From positions 688-64,687 of the forward strand of contig DASSRW010000077.1 in the NCBI GenBank assembly GCA_035701545.1: a stretch of DNA of 64,000 bases, read 5' to 3'. The position numbers and the translations under genes are program-made. The notes under the pieces are model-generated. The model was not told the origin of the DNA. It saw nothing but the letters and a program-made list of their open reading frames with translations, and made no database searches. Origin of the DNA: Pseudolabrys sp. (GTDB taxonomy: Bacteria; Pseudomonadota; Alphaproteobacteria; Rhizobiales; Xanthobacteraceae). Shown here one piece after another: positions 10,033 through 19,313 of the stretch; the stretch's first letter is position 1; the number at the start of each line of letters is the position of its first letter.

Positions 10033-10926
10033 CTATTGCCCCCGCTCGGAGGCCACGACATGGTTCAGGTGCGCGATGAATTCACTCAGAACTTTGGAGG
10101 GCGGAGCCGAGCGCGGCTGGATCAGCAGCGTTTCGACCTCGATGCGCGGCTTGAGCGGCCGCGCGACCAGTCCGGGCAAGCCCATCGACGCAACCAGAAA
10201 CGGCTCGACCAGCGCGACGCCGGCGCCGTAACGCGCGAGCATGATGCCGGTCAGCGAGACGCTTACTTGGGCCGAGATGTGCGGAACGATGCCGGCTGTG
10301 CTGAGCGCCCGATCGACATAGCGGCGAAACAGCGCCTGCGGCAGATACGTGACGATCGAATAGCGCTCGAGGTCGCGCACCGCGACTTCCTTGCGGCGCG
10401 CGAGCGGATGGTCCGCTTTCATCACGCAGGCGATATGCGCGCGCATCAGGACCTTGGTCTTCACTTCCGGGCTGACCACCGGCTCGTAGGCAATGCCGAG
10501 CTCGACCTCTCGATGCACCACGTGGTCCAGCACCTGCGGCGACGTCAGCGATTGCAGCGCGATGCGCACTTTCGGCCGCTCCGCAATGAAGGTGGCGACG
10601 GCTCTCGCCAGGTAGCCGTTGGCGATCGGAAATGCCGCGGCAATCGACAGGGTGCCAAGCCGGCCGCCGACCAGATCCTGCGTCAGCAGGTTGACCGCAT
10701 CGACCCGGCCAAAGATCGCGGCGACCTCCGGGAAAATGGCGAGCGCTTCGGCGGTCGGCTGCAGCCTGCCCGAGACGCGGGCGAACAGCTTCATCTTGAG
10801 CTGGCTTTCGCAGTGCTTGAGCACGGCGCTGACGGCGGGCTGCGTGACATTGAGCGCGCGCGCGGCGCCGGTGACCGAACCCGTCCGCATGATCGCGTGA
10901 AATACTTCCATGTGGCGCAGGTTCAT
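10033..10926 (-). CDS. LysR-type transcriptional regulator
   Basis: MNLRHMEVF...GSVTGAARALNVTQPAVSAVLKHCE HTH; divergent from the AtuA operon. Confidence 0.95.
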   Translation of the reverse strand: MNLRHMEVFHAIMRTGSVTGAARALNVTQPAVSAVLKHCESQLKMKLFARVSGRLQPTAEALAIFPEVAAIFGRVDAVNLLTQDLVGGRLGTLSIAAAFPIANGYLARAVATFIAERPKVRIALQSLTSPQVLDHVVHREVELGIAYEPVVSPEVKTKVLMRAHIACVMKADHPLARRKEVAVRDLERYSIVTYLPQALFRRYVDRALSTAGIVPHISAQVSVSLTGIMLARYGAGVALVEPFLVASMGLPGLVARPLKPRIEVETLLIQPRSAPPSKVLSEFIAHLNHVVASERGQ

Positions 10927-10962
10927 CGCGGCGCGCCCCGAACGGTGAGCTCCCCAGGCCGA

Positions 10963-10979
10963 CATAAGCAGAGCTTATG
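10963..10979. promoter_or_regulatory. LTTR binding box CATAAGC-AGA-GCTTATG (T-N11-A)
   Basis: Perfect 7-bp dyad containing T10965-N11-A10977 between divergent LysR and AtuA genes; extra CCATAAGC half-site at 11041. Confidence 0.7.
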
Positions 10980-11069
10980 GACGATGCCAAGCTGCTGATT
11001 GGACGCAGGCGCCGGGCCGCGGCCATGCTTCGCGAAAAGGCCATAAGCGCGGGTGAGGCAGCATCGGCC

Positions 11070-12422
11070 ATGAAGGCGAATGGAGTGGTGCGGATCGGCG
11101 CCGGGGCGGGAACGTCCGATGACCGCATGGTGCCGGCTCTGGAGCTGGCCGAACGCGGCGATATCGATTATCTCGTCTTCGAATGTCTCGCCGAGCGCAC
11201 GGTTTCGCGCGAAAATCTTTCACGCAGCAAGAATCCGGACGCCGGCTATTCGCCCTCGCTGCACGCGCGTCTGCGCATGGTGCTGCCGGCCTGCGTGCGC
11301 AAGGGCGTGCGCATCGTCAGCAACATGGGCGCCGCCAATCCGATCGGCGGCGCGCGCGCCGCGCGGAAAGAGGCGGCCGATCTCGGGCTCGGCGACGTTC
11401 CCGTCGCGGTGGTGCTTGGGGACGATGTGTCGAGCATCGTCAAGCATCGGCCCGATCTCACGCTGATGGAAAACGGCGAGCCGCTGGAATCGGTTCTGCC
11501 GTCGATGATTTCCGCCAACGCCTATCTGGGCGCCGACGTTCTTTGCGAAGCGCTCAATACCGGCGCGCCCATCGTGCTGTCCGGCCGCGTCGCCGATCCT
11601 TCGCTGTTTCTGGCGCCCATGATGCATGAGTTCGATTGGGCCTATGACGATCTGCCGAAGATCGCGCAAGGAACGGCGGCGGGCCATCTGCTCGAATGCA
11701 CGGCCTCGGTTACCGGCGGCTGTTTCGGCTGGCCCGGCAAGAAGGACGTGCCCGACCTTGCGCGCAATGGCTATCCGTTCGCGGACGCAAAGGAGGACGG
11801 CTCCATTGTGATCGGCAAGACGCCCGGCACCGGCGGCCGGCTCGATGTGATGACCTGCACCGAGCAGCTGATCTACGAGATCCATGATCCGACGGCCTAC
11901 TTCACGCCGGACTGCACGCTCGACATCGCCGGCATCACGCTGACGCAGGAAGCGTCCGACCGCGTGCGCGTCGAAGGCGCGCGCGCAAGGCCGCGCACCG
12001 ACACGTACAAGGTCAGCGTGGGCTACGCCGACGGCTATATCGGCGAAGGCGAGGTGTCCTACGGCGGCATCGACGCGGTCGCGCGCGCCAAGTGGGCGGC
12101 CGAAATCGTGCAGGAGCGGCTGCGGCTGCAAGGCTTCAGATACGACGACTTCCGCGTCGATCTGATCGGCATGTCGAGCCTGCACGGCGAGCCGGATTCG
12201 CGGCCCGAGCCTTACGAAGTCAGGCTGCGGCTCGCCGGCCGCACGCATGACCGCAGGGCGGCGCATGCGATCGGCTTCGAGACGCGCGCGATGCACATGC
12301 ACGGGCCGGGCGGTGCAGGCGGCGCGTGCGAGCCGCGCGTGCGCGACGTGCTGGCGGTCAAATCCGTGCTGCTGCCGAAAAATCTGGTCAACGCCCAGGT
12401 CGTGGTCGAGGGGGCGCTATGA
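11070..12422 (+). CDS. Acyclic terpene utilization AtuA family protein (DUF1446 N-terminal part)
   Basis: RIGAGAG, DYLVFECLAERT, NMGAANP, GRVADPSLF, GHLLEC, EQLIYEIHDP..Y.TPD. Confidence 0.88.
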   Translation: MKANGVVRIGAGAGTSDDRMVPALELAERGDIDYLVFECLAERTVSRENLSRSKNPDAGYSPSLHARLRMVLPACVRKGVRIVSNMGAANPIGGARAARKEAADLGLGDVPVAVVLGDDVSSIVKHRPDLTLMENGEPLESVLPSMISANAYLGADVLCEALNTGAPIVLSGRVADPSLFLAPMMHEFDWAYDDLPKIAQGTAAGHLLECTASVTGGCFGWPGKKDVPDLARNGYPFADAKEDGSIVIGKTPGTGGRLDVMTCTEQLIYEIHDPTAYFTPDCTLDIAGITLTQEASDRVRVEGARARPRTDTYKVSVGYADGYIGEGEVSYGGIDAVARAKWAAEIVQERLRLQGFRYDDFRVDLIGMSSLHGEPDSRPEPYEVRLRLAGRTHDRRAAHAIGFETRAMHMHGPGGAGGACEPRVRDVLAVKSVLLPKNLVNAQVVVEGAL

Positions 12423-12736
12423 GCATCCGCGTCTACGACCTTGCGCACGCGCGCGCCGGCGACAAGGGCAACACGTCGAACATTTCGGTGATCTGCTACG
12501 ACGAGAAGGATTGGGATTTCATCGAGCGCGAGCTCACGCCTGCGCGCGTTGCCGAAGCCTTCAAACACATCGCCAAAGGGCCGGTGAAGCGCTATCCGCT
12601 GCGCAATCTCAAGGCGTTCAACTTCGTGATCGAGAACGCGCTCGGCGGCGGCGTGACCATTTCGCTGGCGCAGGACATTCACGGCAAGAGTCTGAGCAAC
12701 GTGATGCTTGCGATCGAACTGCCGGACAGGAAATGA
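12419..12736 (+). CDS. Small AtuA-like partner protein (stand-alone C-terminal AtuA domain)
   Basis: LAHARAGDKGNTSNISVI, NFVIENALGGGVT..L.QDIHGKSLS; ATGA overlap with the upstream stop. Confidence 0.85.
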   Translation: MSIRVYDLAHARAGDKGNTSNISVICYDEKDWDFIERELTPARVAEAFKHIAKGPVKRYPLRNLKAFNFVIENALGGGVTISLAQDIHGKSLSNVMLAIELPDRK

Positions 12737-12746
12737 GGAGAAAACA

Positions 12747-13544
12747 GTGAAGGCGAGCGATATCGCGCGCAACCCCGTCAAGGAAAAGCTTGCGCGCAAC
12801 GAGGTCGTCGCCTCGATGACGGTTCGGCTGGTGCGCGGCGTCGAGATCGCGCGCCTCGCCAGGACCGCCGGCTTCGACATGATCTATATCGACGTCGAGC
12901 ACTCCAGCTTTTCGCTCGATACCACCGGCCAGATTTGCCTCGCAGCTCTTGGCGTCGGCATCGCGCCGTTCGTGCGCGTGCCGGGCAACACGCCGGAATA
13001 CATTTCGCGCGTGCTCGACGGCGGCGCGCTCGGCGTGATCGCGCCGCACATCGGCTCCGCCGAGGAGGCGCGCGCGGTCGTGAAAGCCGCCAAGTTCCCG
13101 CCGCTCGGCGAGCGCGGGGCGGCCGGCGCCCTGCCGCATCTGCATTATCGCCCGTTTCCCGCGGAGGAGGCCTATGCCGCCGTGAACGACGCGACAATGG
13201 TGATCGTGCAATTTGAATCGGCTGACGCCGTGGAGAAGGCGGACGAGATCGCGGCGGTCGAGGGCGTCGACATGGTGCTGATCGGCGTCAACGACATGCT
13301 CAACAGCCTCGGCCTGCCGGGCCAGTACGAGCATCCGCGCGTGCGCGACGCCTATGCGCGCACCATCGCCGCCTGCCGCAGGCACGGCAAGCATGTCGGC
13401 GTCGGCGGCCTCTCGACGCGGCCGAAGCTCGCCGCCGAGTTCGTCGGCATGGGCGCGCGGCTCGTGTCGACCGGCACGGACATTCAGTTTCTGCTCGCCG
13501 CCGCGACAGACAAGGCGAAGCAGGTGCACGAGATTCCGCTTTGA
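12747..13544 (+). CDS. HpcH/HpaI aldolase family protein (second paralog)
   Basis: YIDVEHS, PFVRVP, LDGGALG, QFES, LIGVNDM; GTG after GAGGAG. Confidence 0.88.
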   Translation: MKASDIARNPVKEKLARNEVVASMTVRLVRGVEIARLARTAGFDMIYIDVEHSSFSLDTTGQICLAALGVGIAPFVRVPGNTPEYISRVLDGGALGVIAPHIGSAEEARAVVKAAKFPPLGERGAAGALPHLHYRPFPAEEAYAAVNDATMVIVQFESADAVEKADEIAAVEGVDMVLIGVNDMLNSLGLPGQYEHPRVRDAYARTIAACRRHGKHVGVGGLSTRPKLAAEFVGMGARLVSTGTDIQFLLAAATDKAKQVHEIPL

Positions 13545-13609
13545 ACACGATCGGAAAGACCAGCCAGCCATTCTTGGCGTAACGTCGACAAAAGACACGG
13601 AGGAAAGCC

Positions 13610-14620
13610 ATGTGGAGAAAATTGGCCGCAGTCGCCTTATGCGCGATCACAATCGGCAGCATCGGCGACGCGGCTCGTGCGGAAGTGAAGGAGGTGCGGT
13701 TGTCGAAGCAATACGGCTTGCCGTACCTGCCGATGATCGTCATCGAGGCGCAGAAGCTGATCGAGAAGAATGCGGCGGCCGCGGGGCTGGGCGAAGTGAA
13801 AACGGTCTGGATGCAACACGCCGGCCCCGCCGCGCAACTCGATGCCCTGCTTGCCGGTCAGGTCGACTTCATCGGCCCCGGCGTCCCGACGCTTGCCACG
13901 ATCTGGGACAAGACCGTCGGCACGCCGCAGGAAATCCGCGCGCTCATCGCCATGCAGTCGATGCCTTACGTGCTGGTGACGCGCAATCCGAACGTGAAGA
14001 CGATCAGGGATTTCACCGACAAGGACAAGATCGCGCTTCCCGCCGTGAAACTCACCGGCCACGCGCTCGCGCTCGAAATGGAGGCCGCGAAGATCTGGGG
14101 CTTCGATCACTACGACAAGCTTGATTCGATCACCATCACGCGCTCGCACGCGGATGCGGCGGCTGCATTGATGTCCGGCAAGTCCGAGATCAACTCGCAT
14201 TTTGCAAGCTCGCCTTTCTACTACTACGAGCTTGCGACGCCGGGCATCCATCAGGTGCTGAAATCCTACGACGTGGTGGGCGGCAAGCATACGAACGGGA
14301 CGCTGGTCGCCACCAGGAAGTTCCACGATGCCAATCCGAAGACGTGCGCGGTGGTCATCGCCGCATTCAACGAGGCAAACGCCTTCATCAAGGCGCATCC
14401 GCGCGAGGCGGCGCAGCTTTACCTCACCGCCGCGCACGACAAGAATTCCGTCGATGCCCTGGAAAAGATGGTCGCCGATCCCGACGTGGACTACACGACG
14501 ACGCCGGTGAATGTGATGAAATTTGTCGACTTCATGTACAAGGTCAAGCGCATCAGGAAAAAGCCGGCGAGCTGGAAGGACATGTTCTTCCCGGAAGCGC
14601 AAAACCTGAAAGGGAGCTGA
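13610..14620 (+). CDS. NitT/TauT-type ABC substrate-binding protein (orphan paralog, Sec-type signal)
   Basis: QYGLPYLP, QSMPYVLVT, PFYYYELATPG shared with 7131..8162. Confidence 0.88.
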   Translation: MWRKLAAVALCAITIGSIGDAARAEVKEVRLSKQYGLPYLPMIVIEAQKLIEKNAAAAGLGEVKTVWMQHAGPAAQLDALLAGQVDFIGPGVPTLATIWDKTVGTPQEIRALIAMQSMPYVLVTRNPNVKTIRDFTDKDKIALPAVKLTGHALALEMEAAKIWGFDHYDKLDSITITRSHADAAAALMSGKSEINSHFASSPFYYYELATPGIHQVLKSYDVVGGKHTNGTLVATRKFHDANPKTCAVVIAAFNEANAFIKAHPREAAQLYLTAAHDKNSVDALEKMVADPDVDYTTTPVNVMKFVDFMYKVKRIRKKPASWKDMFFPEAQNLKGS

Positions 14621-14631
14621 GTTCGTCTGTC

Positions 14632-15744
14632 ATGAGCATTGCAAGCGAAGCGGCTCCTGCCGAAGCGGCAAGAGGGCCGTTCTATGCGCGTGTGGAGGCG
14701 GCCGAAGCTTTCGGCCGCCACCTTCTGGTGGCGCACGGATTGCCGGAAGCCGACGCTGCGCTGGTTGCCCGGTGCCTGGTGCGTGCCGATTTGCGCGGCG
14801 TGGATACGCACGGCCTGCAATACCTGCCGCACTACCTCGATCGCGTGCGGCGCGGTCTCATCAATCCCAAGCCGAAACTGGATGTGGAACGGGTCACGCC
14901 GGTCGTGGGCTCGCTCGACGGCGATAACGGATTCGGATTCGTGGTCGCTACCAGGGCGATGGCGGCGGCGATCGACATGGCGCGCGAGTCCGGGGTCGGT
15001 GTGGTCAGCGCCCGCCGCAGCACGCATTTCGGCATGGCGGCGAACTATGTCTTGCAGGCGATGGATGCCGGGATGATCGCGCTCGTCTTCAGCAACGCAT
15101 CGCCGGCAATGCCGCCCTGGGGCGGGCGCAAGGCCATCGTCGGCACCAATCCGTTCGCCGCCGGCGCGCCGGCGGGGAAGGAGCGGCCGTTCGATCTCGA
15201 CATGTCGCCGGCGGTGGCCGCGCGCGGCAAGATCAGGCGTGCGGCGCGGCGGGGCGAAACAATTCCGCTCGGCTACGCGCTCGACAAGGAGGGGCGCGCG
15301 ACGACCGACCCGAACGTAGCGCTCGACGGCGGCGTCGTGCAGCCGATCGGCGGGCCGAAAGGGTCTGGCATTTCGATGCTGATGGACGTGCTCGGCGGCG
15401 TGATTTCCGGCGCCGGGTTTGCGGGCGAAGTCGGCAACCAGTTCGTCGATTATGACCGCCCGCAGAACGTCGGGCACTTCTTTTTCGCCATGAAGCCGGA
15501 CCTGTTCGTCTCCCGCGACGAATATCTGCGCCGAATGGACGTTCTGGCGCAGCGCGTGCACGGCTGCCCGCGCGCCGAGGGTTTCGACGAAGTCATCATG
15601 CCGGGCGAGCGCGAACGCCGTTTCGAGGAAAAATACCGGCGCATCGGCGTGCCGTATGGGCCCAAGGAACTGGCCGGCCTTCAGAACGAAGCCGCCAAAG
15701 CCGGCCTGCCGCCGCTGCCGGTTTCGGAAAAACCGCTCGCGTAA
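14632..15744 (+). CDS. Ldh_2 family oxidoreductase (malate/L-lactate/sulfolactate/ureidoglycolate dehydrogenase superfamily)
   Basis: ADLRGVDTHG, HFGMAANY, GTNP, GGPKGSG. Confidence 0.9.
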   Translation: MSIASEAAPAEAARGPFYARVEAAEAFGRHLLVAHGLPEADAALVARCLVRADLRGVDTHGLQYLPHYLDRVRRGLINPKPKLDVERVTPVVGSLDGDNGFGFVVATRAMAAAIDMARESGVGVVSARRSTHFGMAANYVLQAMDAGMIALVFSNASPAMPPWGGRKAIVGTNPFAAGAPAGKERPFDLDMSPAVAARGKIRRAARRGETIPLGYALDKEGRATTDPNVALDGGVVQPIGGPKGSGISMLMDVLGGVISGAGFAGEVGNQFVDYDRPQNVGHFFFAMKPDLFVSRDEYLRRMDVLAQRVHGCPRAEGFDEVIMPGERERRFEEKYRRIGVPYGPKELAGLQNEAAKAGLPPLPVSEKPLA

Positions 15745-15754
15745 GGGAGCGCGC

Positions 15755-16510
15755 ATGAAAATCGGCGACTACGACGTCGACATCGTCGTTCAGGGTTATC
15801 CCGGCAAATCGGTCTGTCACGGCGGCCTCGGCTGGAGCTCGGTCGTGCTCCTGCGCGCGCATGGCCGCATTGCCCTCATCGACACCGGCGGCTTCAGCAT
15901 GCGGACGATGCTGCTGAAGCGGTTTGCCGAGCGTGGATTGCAGCCGGCCGATATTACCGATCTGCTGCTAACGCATTCGCACCACGATCATTCCGTGAAC
16001 TGGACGATGTTTCCCCATGCGCGCATCGTGATCGGCGCGGACGAGCTTGCGTGGTCGCTGCAGGTGCCGTGGGGCGAGACGCCGGTGCCGGAGCTCTACG
16101 TGCGCGAGCTGAAGGACTGGAAGACGGTGCATCTGGCGCGGGAAGGGGAGGAGGTTTTCCCCGGCGTTACCGCGCACCTCGCGCCCGGCCACACGCCGGG
16201 CCATCTTGTTTACGTCCTGCGCACGCCGGAGCGCACGGTTGTCTTTACAGGCGATGCCGCGAAGAACCGCGCCGAGCTCGTGTCCGGCACGACCGACATG
16301 ACCTATGACGCGGCCGTCAGCAAAGCGTCGATCGAGATGATCTGGCGGCTCTGGCGCGAGCGGCCCGGCACGATCGTCGTGCCCGGCCACGACATGCCCA
16401 TGGTGCTGGAAGACGGTGAAACCAGGTACATCACCAGGCGTGAAGCGGCAATCGCCGCCTGGTTCGGCGATGACATGGAGACGACGACGCTGTTCAAGCT
16501 GACGGCGTGA
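15755..16510 (+). CDS. Metallo-beta-lactamase-fold hydrolase (lactonase-like)
   Basis: HSHHDH, PGHTPGH, TGDA, PGHD; ATG after GGGAG. Confidence 0.9.
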   Translation: MKIGDYDVDIVVQGYPGKSVCHGGLGWSSVVLLRAHGRIALIDTGGFSMRTMLLKRFAERGLQPADITDLLLTHSHHDHSVNWTMFPHARIVIGADELAWSLQVPWGETPVPELYVRELKDWKTVHLAREGEEVFPGVTAHLAPGHTPGHLVYVLRTPERTVVFTGDAAKNRAELVSGTTDMTYDAAVSKASIEMIWRLWRERPGTIVVPGHDMPMVLEDGETRYITRREAAIAAWFGDDMETTTLFKLTA

Positions 16511-16527
16511 CGCCCGACACGCGCCGC

Positions 16528-18822
16528 TTAGCGCGCGGCCGCCGCGCCCCGCAGCAATTGCCAGATGCGCGGCGGCGACAGCGGCAACTCGTTCGGCTGC
16601 ACGCCGAAGCTTGAAAGCGCGGCGGCAACGGCGTTGGCTGCCGTCGCGGCCACCGCTACCATGCCTCCTTCACCGGCGCCTTTGGCGCCGAGCGGATTGC
16701 TTGGCGAACGATGCAGCTCAAGCGTTACGCCACGAACGTGCGGAAAGTCCGTGGCGGTCGGCAGCAAATAATCCGCCAGAGATGCATTCAGCAGTTGCGC
16801 ATTGGCGTCATAGATGAGGTGGTCGAGAAAGACTCCGCCCAGGCCTTGCACCACGGCGCCCAGACTTTGCCCGTGCACAAGCGCGGGATTGATGGCGCGG
16901 CCGATGTCCTCCACCGCAACATAGTCGAGGACCGCAACATTCCCGGTCCGCGCATCGACCGCGACATGCGCGGCGTGCGCGCCGTAGCTGAAGGTCCGTT
17001 TGTTGTTGGCGAAGGTGCCTTCCGCTGAAACCGCTCCGGCCGCGGCCGCCAGCGCCGCGAAGGTCAGCATCCGGCCATCCGGCCCTTTCGCTTTGCCGCC
17101 GTCGATTGTGACCTCGTCCGGCCGGCAATTGAATTGCAGGCTTGCCGCGCTCTGAATCGCGCTCAGGAGATTTTTGGCGCCGTCCAGAATGGCGGAGCCG
17201 CCCATCACCACGGCGCGTGAATGGTACGTGCCGAAGCCTTCCTTGAGCAGCGTGGTCGAGCCGTGCAGCACCTGAAACGTCTCGAACGGCAGCTCCAGCG
17301 CGTCGGCGGCGATCTGCGCGAACACGGTTTCCAGACCCTGGCCGAGCACCGACGAGCCGATCGCAATCGTCACCCGGCCGTCCCGCTCCAAAATCATGCG
17401 CACGTTTTCGCGCGGACCGGCGCCGCCGCTTTCGACGAAGCACGTCACGGCGAGGCCGTGATATCGGCCGTCGACGTTGCGGCCTTGCAGTTTCTTCTTT
17501 TCGTTCCAGCCGAACGTGTCGAGACACTTTTCGAGGGCGGCGTGATAGTCCCCACTGTCGTAAGCGCTTTCGTTTTCGTAGGGCACGAGCTTGCCGATCG
17601 AATAGGGCATTTCGGCCGCCGCGATCAGATTTTTTCGGCGGAATTCGACCGGATCGATGTTCAGGTCACGCGCCGCGATGTCGATCAGCCGCTCGCGAAA
17701 GAAATTCGCCTCGAAGCGGCCGGGTGCCCGGTAGGTGCCGATCGGCGTCTTGCTCGTCATGTAGGCCATGACGTCAAACTTGACCGCCGGAATCCGATAG
17801 GGGCCGTGCAGGAATTGCGCGGCTTTCGCAGGCACGACGCCGGAATTCGTGCGGGTGTAGGCGCCCATGTCGCCGTGAATGCGTCCGCGCAGCGCCAGAA
17901 TGGCGCCGTCGCGGCGGCAGGCAATCTCGAGCTCGCAATCGATCTCGCGCGAGTGGTTGACGGCTTGCAGATGCTCGGCCCGGTCCTCGATCCATTTTAC
18001 CGGCCGCTTCGCCATGCGTGCCGCGAAGGGGATCAGGAAATCCTCCGGATAGAACTCGCCGCGGACGCCGAAGCCGCCGCCGACATCGATCTCGATGAAA
18101 TCGATGGCGTTTTCCGGCATCTGCATCATGGCCGCGAGCGCGCGCCGGTTGAAGAACGTCACCTTGGTGGCGCCGGTGACGATCAGCCGCTCGCTGGCCG
18201 CATCCCATTCCGCAACCACGCCGCGCGTTTCCATCGGCACGGCGGTGTGGCGGTGCGCGCGGAAGAACTCGCGCCTTGTGTAATCCGCGTCGGCAAAAGC
18301 CGCGTCGGCGTCACCGGAGTTAACAGTGTAGCGCGCCGCGACATTGGTGCCGTTTTGCTCAAACAAAAGCGCGCGGTCTGTTTCGGCGGCCCGCCAGTCG
18401 GGAACAGGCGCGAGCATTTCGATTTCAAGCTCGATTTCCGCCGCGGCATCCTCCGCGATTGCGCGGGTGTCGGCGAGCACAAGGGCGACCGGCTCGCCCA
18501 CGTAGCGAACCTTTTCCGTCGCAATCACCGGCTGGAGGTAAAGCTCAAGTCCCTTGATCGGGGCGAGCCGGATCGGAATGGTCGGAATCACCTGGCCAAT
18601 ATCGGCGGCGGTGATAACCGCATGCACGCCTGCCATTTTCACAGCGGCCGAAGCGTCGATTTTCCGAATGCGTCCGTGCGCAACAGAACTGCGCAGAATA
18701 GCGGCATGCAGCAGTCCTGCCGGTTCGTAGTCGTCGACAAAGGTGCCGCGTCCGGTCAGGAACCGGAAATCCTCGGTTCGCTCGATCTCCTGGCCGATGT
18801 AAGCGGTGCGGACGGCGGTCAC
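16528..18822 (-). CDS. Xanthine dehydrogenase/CoxL-family molybdopterin-binding subunit
   Basis: RTEDFRFLTGRG, GGGFG, TYRAPGR, GAKGAGEGG; GTG start overlaps the 2Fe-2S gene stop. Confidence 0.92.
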   Translation of the reverse strand: MTAVRTAYIGQEIERTEDFRFLTGRGTFVDDYEPAGLLHAAILRSSVAHGRIRKIDASAAVKMAGVHAVITAADIGQVIPTIPIRLAPIKGLELYLQPVIATEKVRYVGEPVALVLADTRAIAEDAAAEIELEIEMLAPVPDWRAAETDRALLFEQNGTNVAARYTVNSGDADAAFADADYTRREFFRAHRHTAVPMETRGVVAEWDAASERLIVTGATKVTFFNRRALAAMMQMPENAIDFIEIDVGGGFGVRGEFYPEDFLIPFAARMAKRPVKWIEDRAEHLQAVNHSREIDCELEIACRRDGAILALRGRIHGDMGAYTRTNSGVVPAKAAQFLHGPYRIPAVKFDVMAYMTSKTPIGTYRAPGRFEANFFRERLIDIAARDLNIDPVEFRRKNLIAAAEMPYSIGKLVPYENESAYDSGDYHAALEKCLDTFGWNEKKKLQGRNVDGRYHGLAVTCFVESGGAGPRENVRMILERDGRVTIAIGSSVLGQGLETVFAQIAADALELPFETFQVLHGSTTLLKEGFGTYHSRAVVMGGSAILDGAKNLLSAIQSAASLQFNCRPDEVTIDGGKAKGPDGRMLTFAALAAAAGAVSAEGTFANNKRTFSYGAHAAHVAVDARTGNVAVLDYVAVEDIGRAINPALVHGQSLGAVVQGLGGVFLDHLIYDANAQLLNASLADYLLPTATDFPHVRGVTLELHRSPSNPLGAKGAGEGGMVAVAATAANAVAAALSSFGVQPNELPLSPPRIWQLLRGAAAAR

Positions 18823-19313
18823 GGGCTGGCCGCCGTCTTCTGCTTGTAGGCGGCCCGTGCGTCGAGCACCGCCTCGACGATCTGCACATAGCCGGTGCAG
18901 CGGCAGATGTTGCCCGACAGAACCTCGCGGATGCGGTTCTCGTCCGCATCCGGCTCTTCGCTGAGCAATATGTGCGCGGTGGTCAGGATGCCCGGGGTGC
19001 AGAAGCCGCATTGCAGCGCGTGGTGCTTGCGGAACGAGGCCTGCAACGGGCTCAAGCTGTCGCCGTTCGCGAGCCCTTCGACCGTTACGATTTGTGCGCC
19101 CTCGGCCTGCACTGCAAACATCAGGCAGGCGCGTACCGCCGCGCCATCGAGAATGACCGTGCAGGCGCCGCAGATGCCGTGCTCGCATCCGACATGGGTG
19201 CCGGTCAGCCCGAGATCGTGCCGCAGGCAATCGGCGAGCGTCGTGCGTGGCTCGACCTCGGCCGCACAGGACTTGCCGTTGACCTTGAATTGCACCGTTG
19301 CGCGTTCGCTCAT
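18819..19313 (-). CDS. CoxS-type 2Fe-2S subunit
   Basis: GCEHGICGACTV, QCGFCTPG, NICRCTGY. Confidence 0.95.
   Translation of the reverse strand: MSERATVQFKVNGKSCAAEVEPRTTLADCLRHDLGLTGTHVGCEHGICGACTVILDGAAVRACLMFAVQAEGAQIVTVEGLANGDSLSPLQASFRKHHALQCGFCTPGILTTAHILLSEEPDADENRIREVLSGNICRCTGYVQIVEAVLDARAAYKQKTAASP

Noticed and set aside
14632-15744. Specific call as comC/allD and a sulfonate pathway
   Set aside because: Ldh_2 motifs do not separate the subfamilies by eye, and no clear xsc, suyAB, cuyA or sulfite exporter is present; kept only as a hypothesis
16528-19230. 900-aa ORF suggesting an N-terminally extended or fused Mo subunit
   Set aside because: The extension is an off-frame read through the 2Fe-2S gene; family similarity starts at GTG 18822
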